A stretch of 64,000 nucleotides of DNA, from positions 6,865 through 70,864 of the forward strand of contig CASDPK010000003.1 in NCBI GenBank assembly GCA_949282555.1, given 5' to 3'. This document shows positions 11,042 through 20,761 of this stretch, piece by piece. The stretch is from an uncultured Lentisphaeraceae bacterium. GTDB taxonomy: Bacteria; Verrucomicrobiota; Kiritimatiellia; RFP12; DVOR01. The translations under genes and the position numbers were made by a program. The notes beneath the pieces are model-generated. The model saw nothing but the letters and a program-made list of their open reading frames with translations. It was not told where the DNA came from and made no database searches. Every line of letters begins with the position of its first letter. The stretch's first letter is position 1.

Positions 11042-12409
11042 ATGCTCAAGACCTTCGCCAACCTTTTCAAAGTCCCGGAGCTCCGTTTCCGCATCCTCTT
11101 CACAATCGGCCTTGTGGCCATCGCCCGTTTGTTGGCGATGATCCCGACGCCCGGCGTGGACTGGGCGGCGATCATGTCGCTTCAGGAGAGTCTCGCCAAG
11201 AATGCCGCTTCCGGTGGCCTGATCGCATGGTTTGACACGTTCACCGGCGGCGCGTTGACGCAGTGCTCGGTGGGAACGCTCTCCATCTGGCCTTACATTT
11301 CCGCACAGATCATCATCCAGCTGATGGCGGCGGTGATTCCGTCGTTGGGCCGCCTTCAGCGTGAAGGGGATGCGGGCCGCAAGACGTTGAATCTTTACAT
11401 CCGCTGGCTGACGATCGGCATTTGCGTCTTCCAGGCCGCGATGCTGGCCAACACGATGCTCAACCCTGAGCGTTTGGGCGCGGGGCAGATTGAGCTCGTG
11501 GTGATGAATCCGCTCGCGTTCTACCTGATGACCGTCATTTCCATGACCGGCGCTTCGATGTTTGTGATGTGGCTTGGCGATCAGATCACCGAGCGTGGCA
11601 TTGGCAATGGCGTCTCTTTGCTCATCATGATCAACATCACCTCCCGTTTGCCCGTGGCGGTCTCGGATGCCGTTCGCCGTTATTTCGGCGTGGGCGGTGC
11701 CCAGGCGCAGGGTTCGCCTTGGGAGTTGATTCTGCTCTTGGTGTTCGGTTTCGCTGTGTTGTTGGGCACCGTGGCGCTGACGCAGGCGCTCCGCAAGATT
11801 CCGATCCATTCCACCCGTGCCATTTCCCGTGGTTCCGCTTACGGTGGGGGGACGACGTATCTCCCGCTCCGTGTGAACTACGCCGGTGTGATGCCCATCA
11901 TCTTTGCTGGCCCGATTCTCCAGTTGGTTGGTCTCTTGGGCCGTTTGGAAGGAACGAATGCCTTCACCGCCACCTTGCGCCGCGTGGGTGAGCAGATCGC
12001 TCTCCCCACCGCGGGCACGCATATCCTGCTCTACGGGGCCCTTATCCTCTTCTTCACCTTCTTCTGGGTGGCCACGCAGTTCAATGCGATGAACATCTCC
12101 GACGGCCTGAAGCGTGATGGCTCTTACATCCCCGGCATTCGCCCTGGCATGGCCACCGCGGAGTATCTTGACGGCGTGATGACGCGCGTGACCCTCATCG
12201 GCGCGGTTTCGTTGCTCGCCATTGCCATCATTCCGCTCCTCCTGACGGCGCGTCAGGTGCCCTATGAAATCGCGGGCTTCTTCGGTGGCACCAGCTTGCT
12301 CATCATCGTGGGTGTCGCGCTGGACACGCTCCGTCAGCTGGAATCGCAGCTCGTGATGCGCAACTACGACGGTTTCCTCAAGCACGGCCGTATCGCCGGC
12401 CGCCATTGA
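11042..12409 (+). CDS. secY: Preprotein translocase subunit SecY
   Basis: ATG at 11042. The product is a multi-TM protein with SecY signature sequence (MLKTFANLFKVPELRFRILFT...). Confidence 0.93.
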   Translation: MLKTFANLFKVPELRFRILFTIGLVAIARLLAMIPTPGVDWAAIMSLQESLAKNAASGGLIAWFDTFTGGALTQCSVGTLSIWPYISAQIIIQLMAAVIPSLGRLQREGDAGRKTLNLYIRWLTIGICVFQAAMLANTMLNPERLGAGQIELVVMNPLAFYLMTVISMTGASMFVMWLGDQITERGIGNGVSLLIMINITSRLPVAVSDAVRRYFGVGGAQAQGSPWELILLLVFGFAVLLGTVALTQALRKIPIHSTRAISRGSAYGGGTTYLPLRVNYAGVMPIIFAGPILQLVGLLGRLEGTNAFTATLRRVGEQIALPTAGTHILLYGALILFFTFFWVATQFNAMNISDGLKRDGSYIPGIRPGMATAEYLDGVMTRVTLIGAVSLLAIAIIPLLLTARQVPYEIAGFFGGTSLLIIVGVALDTLRQLESQLVMRNYDGFLKHGRIAGRH

Positions 12410-12428
12410 GAGCGAAAGGGGGCATTCC

Positions 12429-13079
12429 GTGAACATTGTCATCCTGTTGGGCGCGCCTGGCTCAGGCAAGGGAACGTTGGCCGCTGAGCTGGCGAAGGTG
12501 CCGGGCATCGCCCATCTTTCCACCGGAGATCTGCTCCGTGGCGCCGTGAAGGCCGGGACACCCGCCGGTGTTGAGGCCAAGGGATACATGGAGTCCGGAA
12601 ATCTTGTGCCCGATGCGCTCATCGCCCGCATGGTGGGGGATTATCTCGAGCAGAACGCCAAGCTTTCCACCGTTTTGTTGGATGGTTTCCCGCGCAATGT
12701 GCCACAGGCCGAGATTTTGGCGGAGCTCCTCCAGAAGACGGGGGTGACCCTGCGTTGTGCCCTCTTGTTGGATGTCCCCGACGATGTGGTGGTTCGCCGC
12801 ATTTCCGGCCGCCGTGTTTGCCCCAAGTGCGGGGCGGGATTCAACGTGGACACGCTCCCGCCCAAGCAGGACGGCATTTGCGATGTCTGCGGCGCGGAGT
12901 TGGTCGTTCGGAAGGACGACACCCCCGAAACCGTCCGTCACCGTTTGGAGGTTTATGCGGGGCAGACCTTCCCGCTGATCGCCTATTACAAGGAGCGCGG
13001 GATGTTGCGCGTCGTGGATGGTTCCGGCGATGCCCTCGCGCCCAAGGTTGAGGCGGCTCTCAAGGAGCTCCATGATTAA
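12429..13079 (+). CDS. adk: Adenylate kinase (GTG start)
   Basis: P-loop GAPGSGKGT present. LID domain carries Cys4 (CPKCG...CDVCG). Confidence 0.92.
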   Translation: MNIVILLGAPGSGKGTLAAELAKVPGIAHLSTGDLLRGAVKAGTPAGVEAKGYMESGNLVPDALIARMVGDYLEQNAKLSTVLLDGFPRNVPQAEILAELLQKTGVTLRCALLLDVPDDVVVRRISGRRVCPKCGAGFNVDTLPPKQDGICDVCGAELVVRKDDTPETVRHRLEVYAGQTFPLIAYYKERGMLRVVDGSGDALAPKVEAALKELHD

Positions 13080-13875
13080 CGTTCTCACAGCGGAAGAGTT
13101 GGATCGGATGCGCGAGGTCGGCCGAATGATGGCGGACCTCTTGAATGCGTGTTGCGATTACGTCCGCCCCGGCGTCACCACGGGTGAGATCGATACCTTT
13201 TTCAACAGTTACATTCGGACCCTTGGGGATGGCACGGCCAAGTCCGGCACCTTGGGTTATTGCGGTTATCCCGCATCACTTTGCATTTCCGTAAACGAAG
13301 AGGTCATCCACGGAATCCCCGGCGCGCGCGTCCTCCAGCGCGGGGACATTGTCAGCCTCGATGTTTGCGGCTCGTATCATGGTTTCTTCGGCGACAACAC
13401 CAGAACGGTTGTCGTCGGGGGGCCTGAGACACTCACCGCCGACGTCCGTCGGTTATTGCGCGTCACCCGGCAGTCGCTAGAAGCGGCCGTACTGGCTATA
13501 CGGCCCGGAGTCCACCTGTCGGATATTTCACATCTTGTGGAGAAGACGGTCGCAGAGGGCGGATGTTCGGTGGTCAGGGAGTTCACCGGTCACGGCGTGG
13601 GGCGTCACCTCCACGAAGACCCTCCGGTCCCCAATTATGGGAAGCCGGGACGGGGTCCCATTTTGCACGAGGGCATGACCTTGGCCATTGAGCCGATGGT
13701 CAACCTCGGCAAGGCGGCCGTGCGGACGCTTCCTGATGGTTGGACGGTTGTTTCGCGGGACGGACTTCCGACCGCACACTTTGAGTACACCGTGGCGGTG
13801 CTCAGGGACGGAGCGGAGATTCTGACGCCCTGGTTCGAGAAGGACCCTTGGTCCGATTCTTGGATGAGCGAATGA
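13072..13875 (+). CDS. map: Type I methionine aminopeptidase
   Basis: MINVLTAEELDRMREVGR... with metal-binding residues typical of MetAP. Start overlaps the adk stop. Confidence 0.9.
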   Translation: MINVLTAEELDRMREVGRMMADLLNACCDYVRPGVTTGEIDTFFNSYIRTLGDGTAKSGTLGYCGYPASLCISVNEEVIHGIPGARVLQRGDIVSLDVCGSYHGFFGDNTRTVVVGGPETLTADVRRLLRVTRQSLEAAVLAIRPGVHLSDISHLVEKTVAEGGCSVVREFTGHGVGRHLHEDPPVPNYGKPGRGPILHEGMTLAIEPMVNLGKAAVRTLPDGWTVVSRDGLPTAHFEYTVAVLRDGAEILTPWFEKDPWSDSWMSE

Positions 13876-13893
13876 GATTTCTGCTTTTTGTTG

Positions 13894-13923
13894 TGGACAG
13901 TGAGGTGTGAAATGCGCTATACT
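13894..13923 (+). promoter_or_regulatory. Candidate sigma70-type promoter for rpmJ-rpsM-rpsK-rpsD-rpoA-rplQ
   Basis: TGGACA at 13894-13899, an 18-nt spacer, then TATACT at 13918-13923. This lies about 30 nt upstream of the rpmJ ATG. Confidence 0.45.
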
Positions 13924-13952
13924 GAACCACTCATTCTTAGAAGGAACAGGCC

Positions 13953-14066
13953 ATGAAAGTTCGTAGTTCTGTCAAACGCATCTGTGAGCAGTGCCGCATC
14001 ATCCGGCGCAAGGGTGTCGTGCGCGTCATCTGCACGAATCCCCGCCACAAGCAGCGCCAAGGTTAA
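13953..14066 (+). CDS. rpmJ: 50S ribosomal protein L36
   Basis: 37 aa ([37 protein letters not shown]). Shorter than the 60-aa cutoff, so it is not in the ORF track. RBS aggaa lies upstream. Confidence 0.9.
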   Translation: MKVRSSVKRICEQCRIIRRKGVVRVICTNPRHKQRQG

Positions 14067-14081
14067 TCGGAGAACAAAGAC

Positions 14082-14453
14082 ATGCCGAGATTGATGGGTG
14101 TGGATGTCCCGGGTTCCAAGCGCGTCGAATACGCGCTCCGTTACATTCACGGTATCGGCCCCAAGCGGGCCATGGACATTGTGGAAGCCTGCAAGATCGA
14201 GGTCGGCAAGAAGGCTGAGGCCCTCACCCCCGACGAGATCCGCCAGATCGTCACTTACATTCAGGAGAATTACCGTGTGGAGGGTGACCTCCGCCGTGAG
14301 GTCTCCGGCAACATCCGCCGCCTGATGAGCATCGGCACCTACCGCGGATATCGCCACAAACGCGGTTTGCCCTGCCGCGGCCAGCGCACCAAGACCAACG
14401 CCCGCACCCGCAAGGGCGCCAAGAAGACGGTTTCCACCGTCCGCGAGAAGTAA
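14082..14453 (+). CDS. rpsM: 30S ribosomal protein S13
   Basis: Translation MPRLMGVDVPGSKRVEYALRYIHGIG... matches S13. Confidence 0.95.
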   Translation: MPRLMGVDVPGSKRVEYALRYIHGIGPKRAMDIVEACKIEVGKKAEALTPDEIRQIVTYIQENYRVEGDLRREVSGNIRRLMSIGTYRGYRHKRGLPCRGQRTKTNARTRKGAKKTVSTVREK

Positions 14454-14471
14454 CCCCTTCAGAGAGCGCAC

Positions 14472-14963
14472 ATGAGCGAAGAAATCAAAGATCAGGCCCC
14501 TGCCGAGGAGCAGAAGCCCGCGATGAGCGAGGCTCAGGCCATCCTCGCCGCCGACACGGCCACGGCCAACGCCGCCGCCGATGCCGAGGCCGCCAAGAAG
14601 AAATCCAAAGCCAAGGTCATGCCCGCCGGCATCGCCTTCATCCGTGCCACCTACAACAACACCTTGGTGTCCATCGCCGATGCCCGTGGCGGTGTGATCT
14701 CTTGGAGCTCTGCCGGTAAGGCTGGCTTCAAGGGTTCCCGCAAGTCCACCGCGTTTGCCGCCACGATGGTTGCCCAAGATGCCGCCCGCACCGCTTTCGC
14801 CCGTGGAATGCACGAGGTCGAAGTCCGTATGCAGGGGGCCGGGGCCGGCCGCGAGTCTGCGGTTCGTGCCATCCAGTCCGTCGGCATCCACGTCACCTGC
14901 ATCAAGGACTGCACTCCCGTTGCTCACAACGGTTGCCGTCCCCGCAAGCGTAGGAGGGTTTAA
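14472..14963 (+). CDS. rpsK: 30S ribosomal protein S11 with Ala/Glu/Lys-rich N-terminal extension
   Basis: The S11 core (GIAFIRATYNNTLVSIAD...) is preceded by a ~35-aa low-complexity extension. Confidence 0.9.
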   Translation: MSEEIKDQAPAEEQKPAMSEAQAILAADTATANAAADAEAAKKKSKAKVMPAGIAFIRATYNNTLVSIADARGGVISWSSAGKAGFKGSRKSTAFAATMVAQDAARTAFARGMHEVEVRMQGAGAGRESAVRAIQSVGIHVTCIKDCTPVAHNGCRPRKRRRV

Positions 14964-14966
14964 TCC

Positions 14967-15572
14967 ATGGCACGTTACACTGGTCCTCGTTCCAAGATCT
15001 CCCGCCGTTTCGGGGAGCCCATCTACGGGCCCGACAAGGTGCTTGATCGCCGCAATTTCGCTCCCGGTCAGCATGGGCAGAACCGTCGCCGCAAACTCTC
15101 CGAGTACGGCGTCCAGCTCCGTGAGAAGCAGAAGGCGAAGTACATCTACGGGATGCTTGAGAAGCAGTTCCGCATTTTCTTCGAGCGCGCCAAGGCCAAG
15201 CAGGGCAAGACGGGTGATATCCTTCTCCAGCTCTGCGAGACCCGCTTGGACAACATTGTCTTCCGTCTGGGCCTTGCTCCCACGCGCGCCGCTGCGCGTC
15301 AGCTGGTCTCCCACCGTCACATCACGGTCGACGGCAAGGTCTGCAACATCGCTTCCTACATTGTGAAGCCCGGGCAGACCGTTGGGGTCCGCGAGAAAGA
15401 CAAGACCATGGGCGTCATCGTCGATTCCCTCAAGAACCCCCGCACGGCTGCCGCTTCTTGGCTCCAGTGGGATGAGGGGAACATGACCGGCTCCCTCTTG
15501 AGCGTTCCTGAGCGCTCGGAGATCCCGGAGAACATCGACGTGCAGCTCATCGTCGAACTTTACTCTCGCTGA
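14967..15572 (+). CDS. rpsD: 30S ribosomal protein S4
   Basis: Translation [21 protein letters not shown]... matches S4. Confidence 0.95.
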   Translation: MARYTGPRSKISRRFGEPIYGPDKVLDRRNFAPGQHGQNRRRKLSEYGVQLREKQKAKYIYGMLEKQFRIFFERAKAKQGKTGDILLQLCETRLDNIVFRLGLAPTRAAARQLVSHRHITVDGKVCNIASYIVKPGQTVGVREKDKTMGVIVDSLKNPRTAAASWLQWDEGNMTGSLLSVPERSEIPENIDVQLIVELYSR

Positions 15573-15642
15573 TCTCACCCCGTAGCCCACCGGGCCGTGC
15601 GGGTGGTTCCCGCGCGGCCCTCGTCAGAAAGGACGGAACATC

Positions 15643-16632
15643 ATGCCGATTCGTCTGAGTCGCTTTGAAATGCCCACCCGTATCGTCCGTGACGACGCCA
15701 CGGCCACCGAGACTTACGCCCGGTACACCGCCGATCCCTTTGAGATTGGGTACGGTCGCACCATCGGCAATTCCCTCCGCCGCGTGCTGCTTTCCTCCAT
15801 CGAGGGCTTCGCCATCAAGGCCATCAAGCTCGAAGGTGCCGCGCACGAGTTTTGCTCCCTGCCCGGCGTCTCCGAGGATGTCACCGACATCGTCCTCAAT
15901 CTCAAGAAGGTTCTCCTGAAGAGTTTCACCCGCGACACTCGCTGGATTCGCCTTTCCAAGAAGGGCCCCTGCGTCGTCACCGCCGCCGATTTCGCTTTGG
16001 ACAACTCCATCGAGGTGCTCAACCCTGACCAGGTCATCGCGACGCTCGACGTCGACGGTGTCCTCAACCTTGAGGCCCAGGTTGGCGTTGGCCGCGGATT
16101 CTGCTTGGCCGAGGGGAACAAGGATCCTTCCTTCGATATCGGCGTCATCCCGATCGACTCTGCCTTCTCTCCCGTCACGCGTGTGAACTACGACGTGGTC
16201 AACACCCGCGTGGGTCAGCGTACGGACTATGAGAGGCTCGTGCTCGACATCTGGACCGATGGCCGCGTTTCCCCCGATGAGGCGCTCAAGACCAGTGCCG
16301 CGCTCCTGCGCCACCACCTTGATGCCTTCGTCGAGACCGCCGAAGACATTTTGGAGTTTGAGACGCCTTCGCAGAAGGATACCACCGAGATCGAGGATCT
16401 CCGCCGTAAGCTCAACATGGGCGTCAACGAGATCGAACTCTCCGTCCGCTCGGCCAACTGCCTCAACAGCGCCGACATCAAGACGGTGGGTGAGCTCGTG
16501 ATGAAGACCGAAGCCGATATGCTCAAGTACCGCAACTTTGGCAAGAAGTCCCTCACAGAGATCAAGGACAAGTTGCAGGAAATGGGCCTCTGCCTCGGCT
16601 ACAAGTTCGACCCCAATCTGCTTGATAAGTAA
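15643..16632 (+). CDS. rpoA: DNA-directed RNA polymerase subunit alpha
   Basis: The N-terminal domain, and the C-terminal domain with NCLNSADIKTVGELV, match the RNA polymerase alpha subunit. Confidence 0.95.
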   Translation: MPIRLSRFEMPTRIVRDDATATETYARYTADPFEIGYGRTIGNSLRRVLLSSIEGFAIKAIKLEGAAHEFCSLPGVSEDVTDIVLNLKKVLLKSFTRDTRWIRLSKKGPCVVTAADFALDNSIEVLNPDQVIATLDVDGVLNLEAQVGVGRGFCLAEGNKDPSFDIGVIPIDSAFSPVTRVNYDVVNTRVGQRTDYERLVLDIWTDGRVSPDEALKTSAALLRHHLDAFVETAEDILEFETPSQKDTTEIEDLRRKLNMGVNEIELSVRSANCLNSADIKTVGELVMKTEADMLKYRNFGKKSLTEIKDKLQEMGLCLGYKFDPNLLDK

Positions 16633-16676
16633 TCTTCGGCGCTTTGCGCCAAACAACCCTTCAAGGAACCTTTGTC

Positions 16677-17084
16677 ATGCGTCACAAACGCCTCGCCAAA
16701 AAGTTCGGCCGCAGCCCTGAGCACCGCGAACAGCTCATGCGGATGCTCTGCGCCGCGCTCATCATCAACGATCGCATCGTCACCACCCTCAAGAAGGCCA
16801 AGCAGGCCCGCAAGGATGCCGAGAAGCTCGTCACCCTCGCCCGCAAGGGCACGCTTGCGGCCCGCCGTCTCGCCGCTGCCCGTCTGCGCAGCCCCGAGGC
16901 CGTGAAGAAGCTCTTCGACACGGTGGTGAAGCAGCAGGAAGGCCGCAATGGCGGCTACACCCGCATCACCAAGACCGGCGCCCGCCGTGGCGACGCCACC
17001 GAGATGTGCGTCCTCGAGTGGGTGGTCGCTGAGACCGCTCCTGCCGCTGAGCAGCCCGCCGCTCCCGCCGAAGCCGCCAACTAA
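16677..17084 (+). CDS. rplQ: 50S ribosomal protein L17
   Basis: ATG at 16677. Translation MRHKRLAKKFGRSPEHREQLMR... matches L17, with a short Ala/Pro-rich C-terminal tail. Confidence 0.92.
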   Translation: MRHKRLAKKFGRSPEHREQLMRMLCAALIINDRIVTTLKKAKQARKDAEKLVTLARKGTLAARRLAAARLRSPEAVKKLFDTVVKQQEGRNGGYTRITKTGARRGDATEMCVLEWVVAETAPAAEQPAAPAEAAN

Positions 17085-17106
17085 GATCGGTTTCCGGAAT
17101 GTAAAA

Positions 17107-17137
17107 GCCCCGCAGGGATTCCTGCGGGGCTTTTTTT
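17107..17137 (+). terminator. Intrinsic terminator ending the alpha operon (possibly bidirectional)
   Basis: GCCCCGCAGG-gatt-CCTGCGGGGC hairpin followed by TTTTTTT. Confidence 0.85.
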
Positions 17138-17284
17138 GTCGTTGTTCCACACCCTTTCATCAATGCCGCATACGGCTTGCTTTGCCGACATTCTCTCCCA
17201 ATGTGGGGCGTATGAAGGGGGAAAAAGAGCCCCATGGCGCGCATGGGACTGAGGGGAATCCGATGGATGCCGCGCGTGGGCCGT

Positions 17285-18763
17285 TCAGCGCAGGCGCAGA
17301 CGGTAGCTGGAGACTTCGGGCGGGATATACCACAAGCCGTCAGAGCGGCGTTCCAAGGCGCCGCCATCTTCGGCTGACAGGGCGAAGGTAACGCCTTCGC
17401 CACAGGTCGTCCACGTCAAGAGGTAACCCGCCTGTTTACGATTGGCGCACACGATAACGGTCGCGCGACTCTCCAAAGGATCGGTGCCGGAGGGGAGGGC
17501 AATGTCCTCAAAATCGAGGGATTGGGCGGCGAGCGTTCCAATGTTCAACGTTCCTTGGGTGGCGTCGATGCAACTCTTCGGCGCGACGGTGAGTGTTCCT
17601 GTGATTTGACCATCACCGGCAAGTGTACAGCCTTCGGCAAGGGTCACATCGGTGGCGGTGCCATTCAGCGTCAGAGAGCCGAAGCGTGGCGAATCCTCCT
17701 CGTCATCGTCTCGGCTGACGTTGACGGTCCCAGCGAGTATCCCTGTGCAGATGACGCTCTCTCCGCCGATGGAGATTGTCCCAGAGGTGACCGTGTGTCC
17801 GTAGTGCCCTTCCGCGTCGGCGAGAATCAGCCGGCCAGAGGACCCAACCGCAATCGCATCGGGCAAGTCGTTCAACGTGTAGACCGTTTCTGTCGAGGTG
17901 CAAAAGATCTCCTTCACGGCGGCCTCCTGGGCGTCCACGGAGACGGTCGCGACATTGACATCGGGGAGCAGGGCGCGACTTTCCGCGTCATTGGTGTATC
18001 CGCTCCAATTGTCAGGATCTGTCCAAGACCCATTCCCAGCCGTTTGCCAAATCATGGTGCCAGCTGGGGCCCCAAGGCCCTCCAACACAATCGCTTGAAG
18101 GTTTCCATTGCCCTCGGAGGCGGAAAGCGTCAGGGTGGGGGCGGTCGCCTGCGTTTCAAAGACCATCAGCACCCAGGCGCCATCGTCGGCCTTTGCGGTC
18201 ACCGTTTCTCCCTCGGCTTTGGCCTGTGCGTTGAACTGCGCCAGCACTTGGGCCGACAATGTCAGCCCTTCGACGGCATAGGTCGTCGTTCCACCGCTCC
18301 AGGTGTTTCCACGGCCAGCGAGAACCGTCACACGGTAGATTTCGCCGGGATGGAGACCGTCAAACGTGATGGAGGCGTTTTCCGCTCCTTGCAGCGGAAC
18401 ACCATTCGGATTGCCGGAAATCGTGCCAATCGGAAAGCGGTCCGTCACCTCGGCAGTATAGGTTGAAGCCGTCATCGCCGCACCGGAGGCGCCGATTTCT
18501 TCGGAAAGCGCCGAGATCCCCCACGGGGAGGCTCCCCCTCCCGGCTGCTTTAGCGACGTGGCCGGGATGCTTTTGGGGACGTCGTTCTCCGTTTTCTGAT
18601 TGTAGCCTGGAATCAGATTGACCCCATCGGTGAAGACAATCTTCCCGGAACCGCCATCGTCGTTGTAGTAAAAGCCTACTTTCAACGCTTCTCCCTTTTG
18701 GGCGAAGAGGCTGTTCGCCGTCGCCCAAACCAACAGTGTTGCGATTGCGGTGAACGTCCTCAT
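17285..18763 (-). CDS. Secreted hypothetical protein (signal peptide, Gly/Thr-rich repetitive beta-type sequence)
   Basis: N-terminal signal peptide MRTFTAIATLLVWATANSLFA. Start ATG overlaps the sulfatase stop (ATGA). No recognisable catalytic motif. Confidence 0.6.
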   Translation of the reverse strand: MRTFTAIATLLVWATANSLFAQKGEALKVGFYYNDDGGSGKIVFTDGVNLIPGYNQKTENDVPKSIPATSLKQPGGGASPWGISALSEEIGASGAAMTASTYTAEVTDRFPIGTISGNPNGVPLQGAENASITFDGLHPGEIYRVTVLAGRGNTWSGGTTTYAVEGLTLSAQVLAQFNAQAKAEGETVTAKADDGAWVLMVFETQATAPTLTLSASEGNGNLQAIVLEGLGAPAGTMIWQTAGNGSWTDPDNWSGYTNDAESRALLPDVNVATVSVDAQEAAVKEIFCTSTETVYTLNDLPDAIAVGSSGRLILADAEGHYGHTVTSGTISIGGESVICTGILAGTVNVSRDDDEEDSPRFGSLTLNGTATDVTLAEGCTLAGDGQITGTLTVAPKSCIDATQGTLNIGTLAAQSLDFEDIALPSGTDPLESRATVIVCANRKQAGYLLTWTTCGEGVTFALSAEDGGALERRSDGLWYIPPEVSSYRLRLR

Positions 18764-20628
18764 TTCGTCTGCTCCGTCGCGCCTTTCAAGGTGATTCCCA
18801 CCGGAGGTCGAGAGGTTGCGTCAAAGGCGACGTCATCAGGGTAGGGAAGGATTGAGCCGTCCGAAGTGCGTATGGGCATTTGCGCCCCGCATTCGCGCAA
18901 AAGCTTCCCCATGGTCTTGCGAAGGCGATCGGTCACCTTTGGATAGACGGTGGCCAAATTGGTTTTTTCGGAGATGTCGTTGGTGAGATTGTAGAGCTCA
19001 AAGGTTTCGGCATCACCCTCGGTGTTGTGGTTGTAAATGAGCTTCCAAGGGCCTTGGCGGACAACGGTGTAGAAATTGTAATAGCGCGGCGTACGGCTTC
19101 CCTCGCCCCACTGATTGGGGTAGTGCCACAGAAGCGCCCGTTCTGCCCCCGTGGCATCCACTGTCGCCCGCTCGCCGGTCAAGACCGGCACAATGCTTTG
19201 CCCATCCAGCACCTGGCGGCGCTCTGTGTCGCCATTGCCGACAGAGGGCGTCACAGCCAACGTTGAGGCACTTGGCAAGGCAACCCCAGCCATCTCCAAG
19301 ATGGTTGGATAAAAATCGTCGATATGCACTGGCTCGTGCGACACACTGCCTGGTTTCACCCGCCCCGGCCAAACCACCATCATCGGCTCACGGATGCCCC
19401 CCTCATAGCAAGAGCCCTTCCCGGCACGCAAAGGCGCGTTGGACCACTGCATTCGAGAATTCGCCGAACCATCGTTGCCGCCGTTGTCAGCCATGAAAAT
19501 GACGATGGTGTTTTCCGCGATTCCCTGCTTCTCCAAGAAATCCCGAATCTTTCCGAGGGAATCATCCATGCCCTGAATGAGCGCGGCATAATTTCGCTCA
19601 GTGTCATTCCATGCCAAGCCATCCCCGGGATCGCTCCACTGCGGCCCACGTGTCGCATCCCATGCTTGGTCATAATTCCAAGGAGCATGGATGGCGTAGT
19701 GGGACATGTAGAGATAAAAGGGTTGTTCCGGATGGTCTGTGCGGTGCCGGGAAAGTTCCGCCAGCACTTCATCCGTCAGCGCATCCGTCAAAAAGACGTT
19801 CCGGTCATAATAGCCGTTCTCATCCAGCCCTGGCACCCCAAACTGCACCCAGCTGGTGTCACTGTTCCCGTATTTGCGGTCACCGCGGTAATTGGCCGGC
19901 CCTCCGATCTCACACCCGGCGATGTTCACGTCAAACCCGAAGTTTTTTGGATTGGCCCCTGGAGTCGTCGCGCCGGTTCCCTTGTAAGTGTTGAAGCTTC
20001 CGCTCCCCCAATGGGCCTTGCCGCAATGGATGGTGTGATAGCCCGCTTCCTGCAGGAGTTTCGGGAAGGCCAACGCATTGGTGTAAGGCACTGTCATGTT
20101 GTAGCTGACCTTTTCGCCATCGCCTGTGGGCTGATAATAGCGTCCTTCCGCATCCCGCTTCCACGGCGGCAAACACGTTCCCGTTGGTTGCGTTCCCTCC
20201 GGTTGCAATCCGTTGGCCGCCCAATAAGGGGCCTTGCATCCACCTCCCTGCGTGTTTAGACGGCTGCTGTCATTGACCCCCAGCGTCCAGTCGGTGACGC
20301 GGTGGCGGGCCATGTTCATGCCACTCATCAGTGAGCACCGCGTTGGGGAACAAATCGGGCAGGCATAAGCATCGGTGAAGAGCATCCCCTCCTTCGCCAT
20401 GGCCTCCATGTTGGGGGTCTTATAACGTGCGTTCAACCGCGTCTTCACCGGCTTGCCATCGACATACCAAAAGGGCAGCGACGTATCCTGCCATCCCATA
20501 TCATCCACTAGGAAAAGAACGATGTTCGGACGTTTTCCCGCCCCTTCATCGCCTCCCCGCATTATCCCGGGCACCGCCGTCGCCGCCAATCCGCATCCAA
20601 AGAGTTTTAGAAATTCCCGCCGCTTCAT
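18760..20628 (-). CDS. Tat-exported sulfatase (formylglycine-dependent arylsulfatase family)
   Basis: Twin-arginine signal MKRREFLKL. CxPxR maturation motif (CSPTRCSLMSG). VLFLVDDMGW N-terminal sulfatase motif. Strong RBS ggaggaagga lies upstream. Confidence 0.88.
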   Translation of the reverse strand: MKRREFLKLFGCGLAATAVPGIMRGGDEGAGKRPNIVLFLVDDMGWQDTSLPFWYVDGKPVKTRLNARYKTPNMEAMAKEGMLFTDAYACPICSPTRCSLMSGMNMARHRVTDWTLGVNDSSRLNTQGGGCKAPYWAANGLQPEGTQPTGTCLPPWKRDAEGRYYQPTGDGEKVSYNMTVPYTNALAFPKLLQEAGYHTIHCGKAHWGSGSFNTYKGTGATTPGANPKNFGFDVNIAGCEIGGPANYRGDRKYGNSDTSWVQFGVPGLDENGYYDRNVFLTDALTDEVLAELSRHRTDHPEQPFYLYMSHYAIHAPWNYDQAWDATRGPQWSDPGDGLAWNDTERNYAALIQGMDDSLGKIRDFLEKQGIAENTIVIFMADNGGNDGSANSRMQWSNAPLRAGKGSCYEGGIREPMMVVWPGRVKPGSVSHEPVHIDDFYPTILEMAGVALPSASTLAVTPSVGNGDTERRQVLDGQSIVPVLTGERATVDATGAERALLWHYPNQWGEGSRTPRYYNFYTVVRQGPWKLIYNHNTEGDAETFELYNLTNDISEKTNLATVYPKVTDRLRKTMGKLLRECGAQMPIRTSDGSILPYPDDVAFDATSRPPVGITLKGATEQTK

Positions 20629-20705
20629 TCCTTCCTCCAATCCGTTCCTGCCGTTCCTTCTTCGGAACGGAGCGTCATCCATCGTTTCACTTGCCCCATG
20701 ATAAC

Positions 20706-20738
20706 AAACAAGGGGCCCCACGGTGTGGAACCCCTTGT
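20706..20738. terminator. Hairpin between the PEP-CTERM gene and the sulfatase gene
   Basis: 9-bp stem aacaagggg/ccccttgtt with T-rich flanks on both strands. Confidence 0.5.
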
Positions 20739-20761
20739 TTTCATGGACAAATCCAGCCTCC

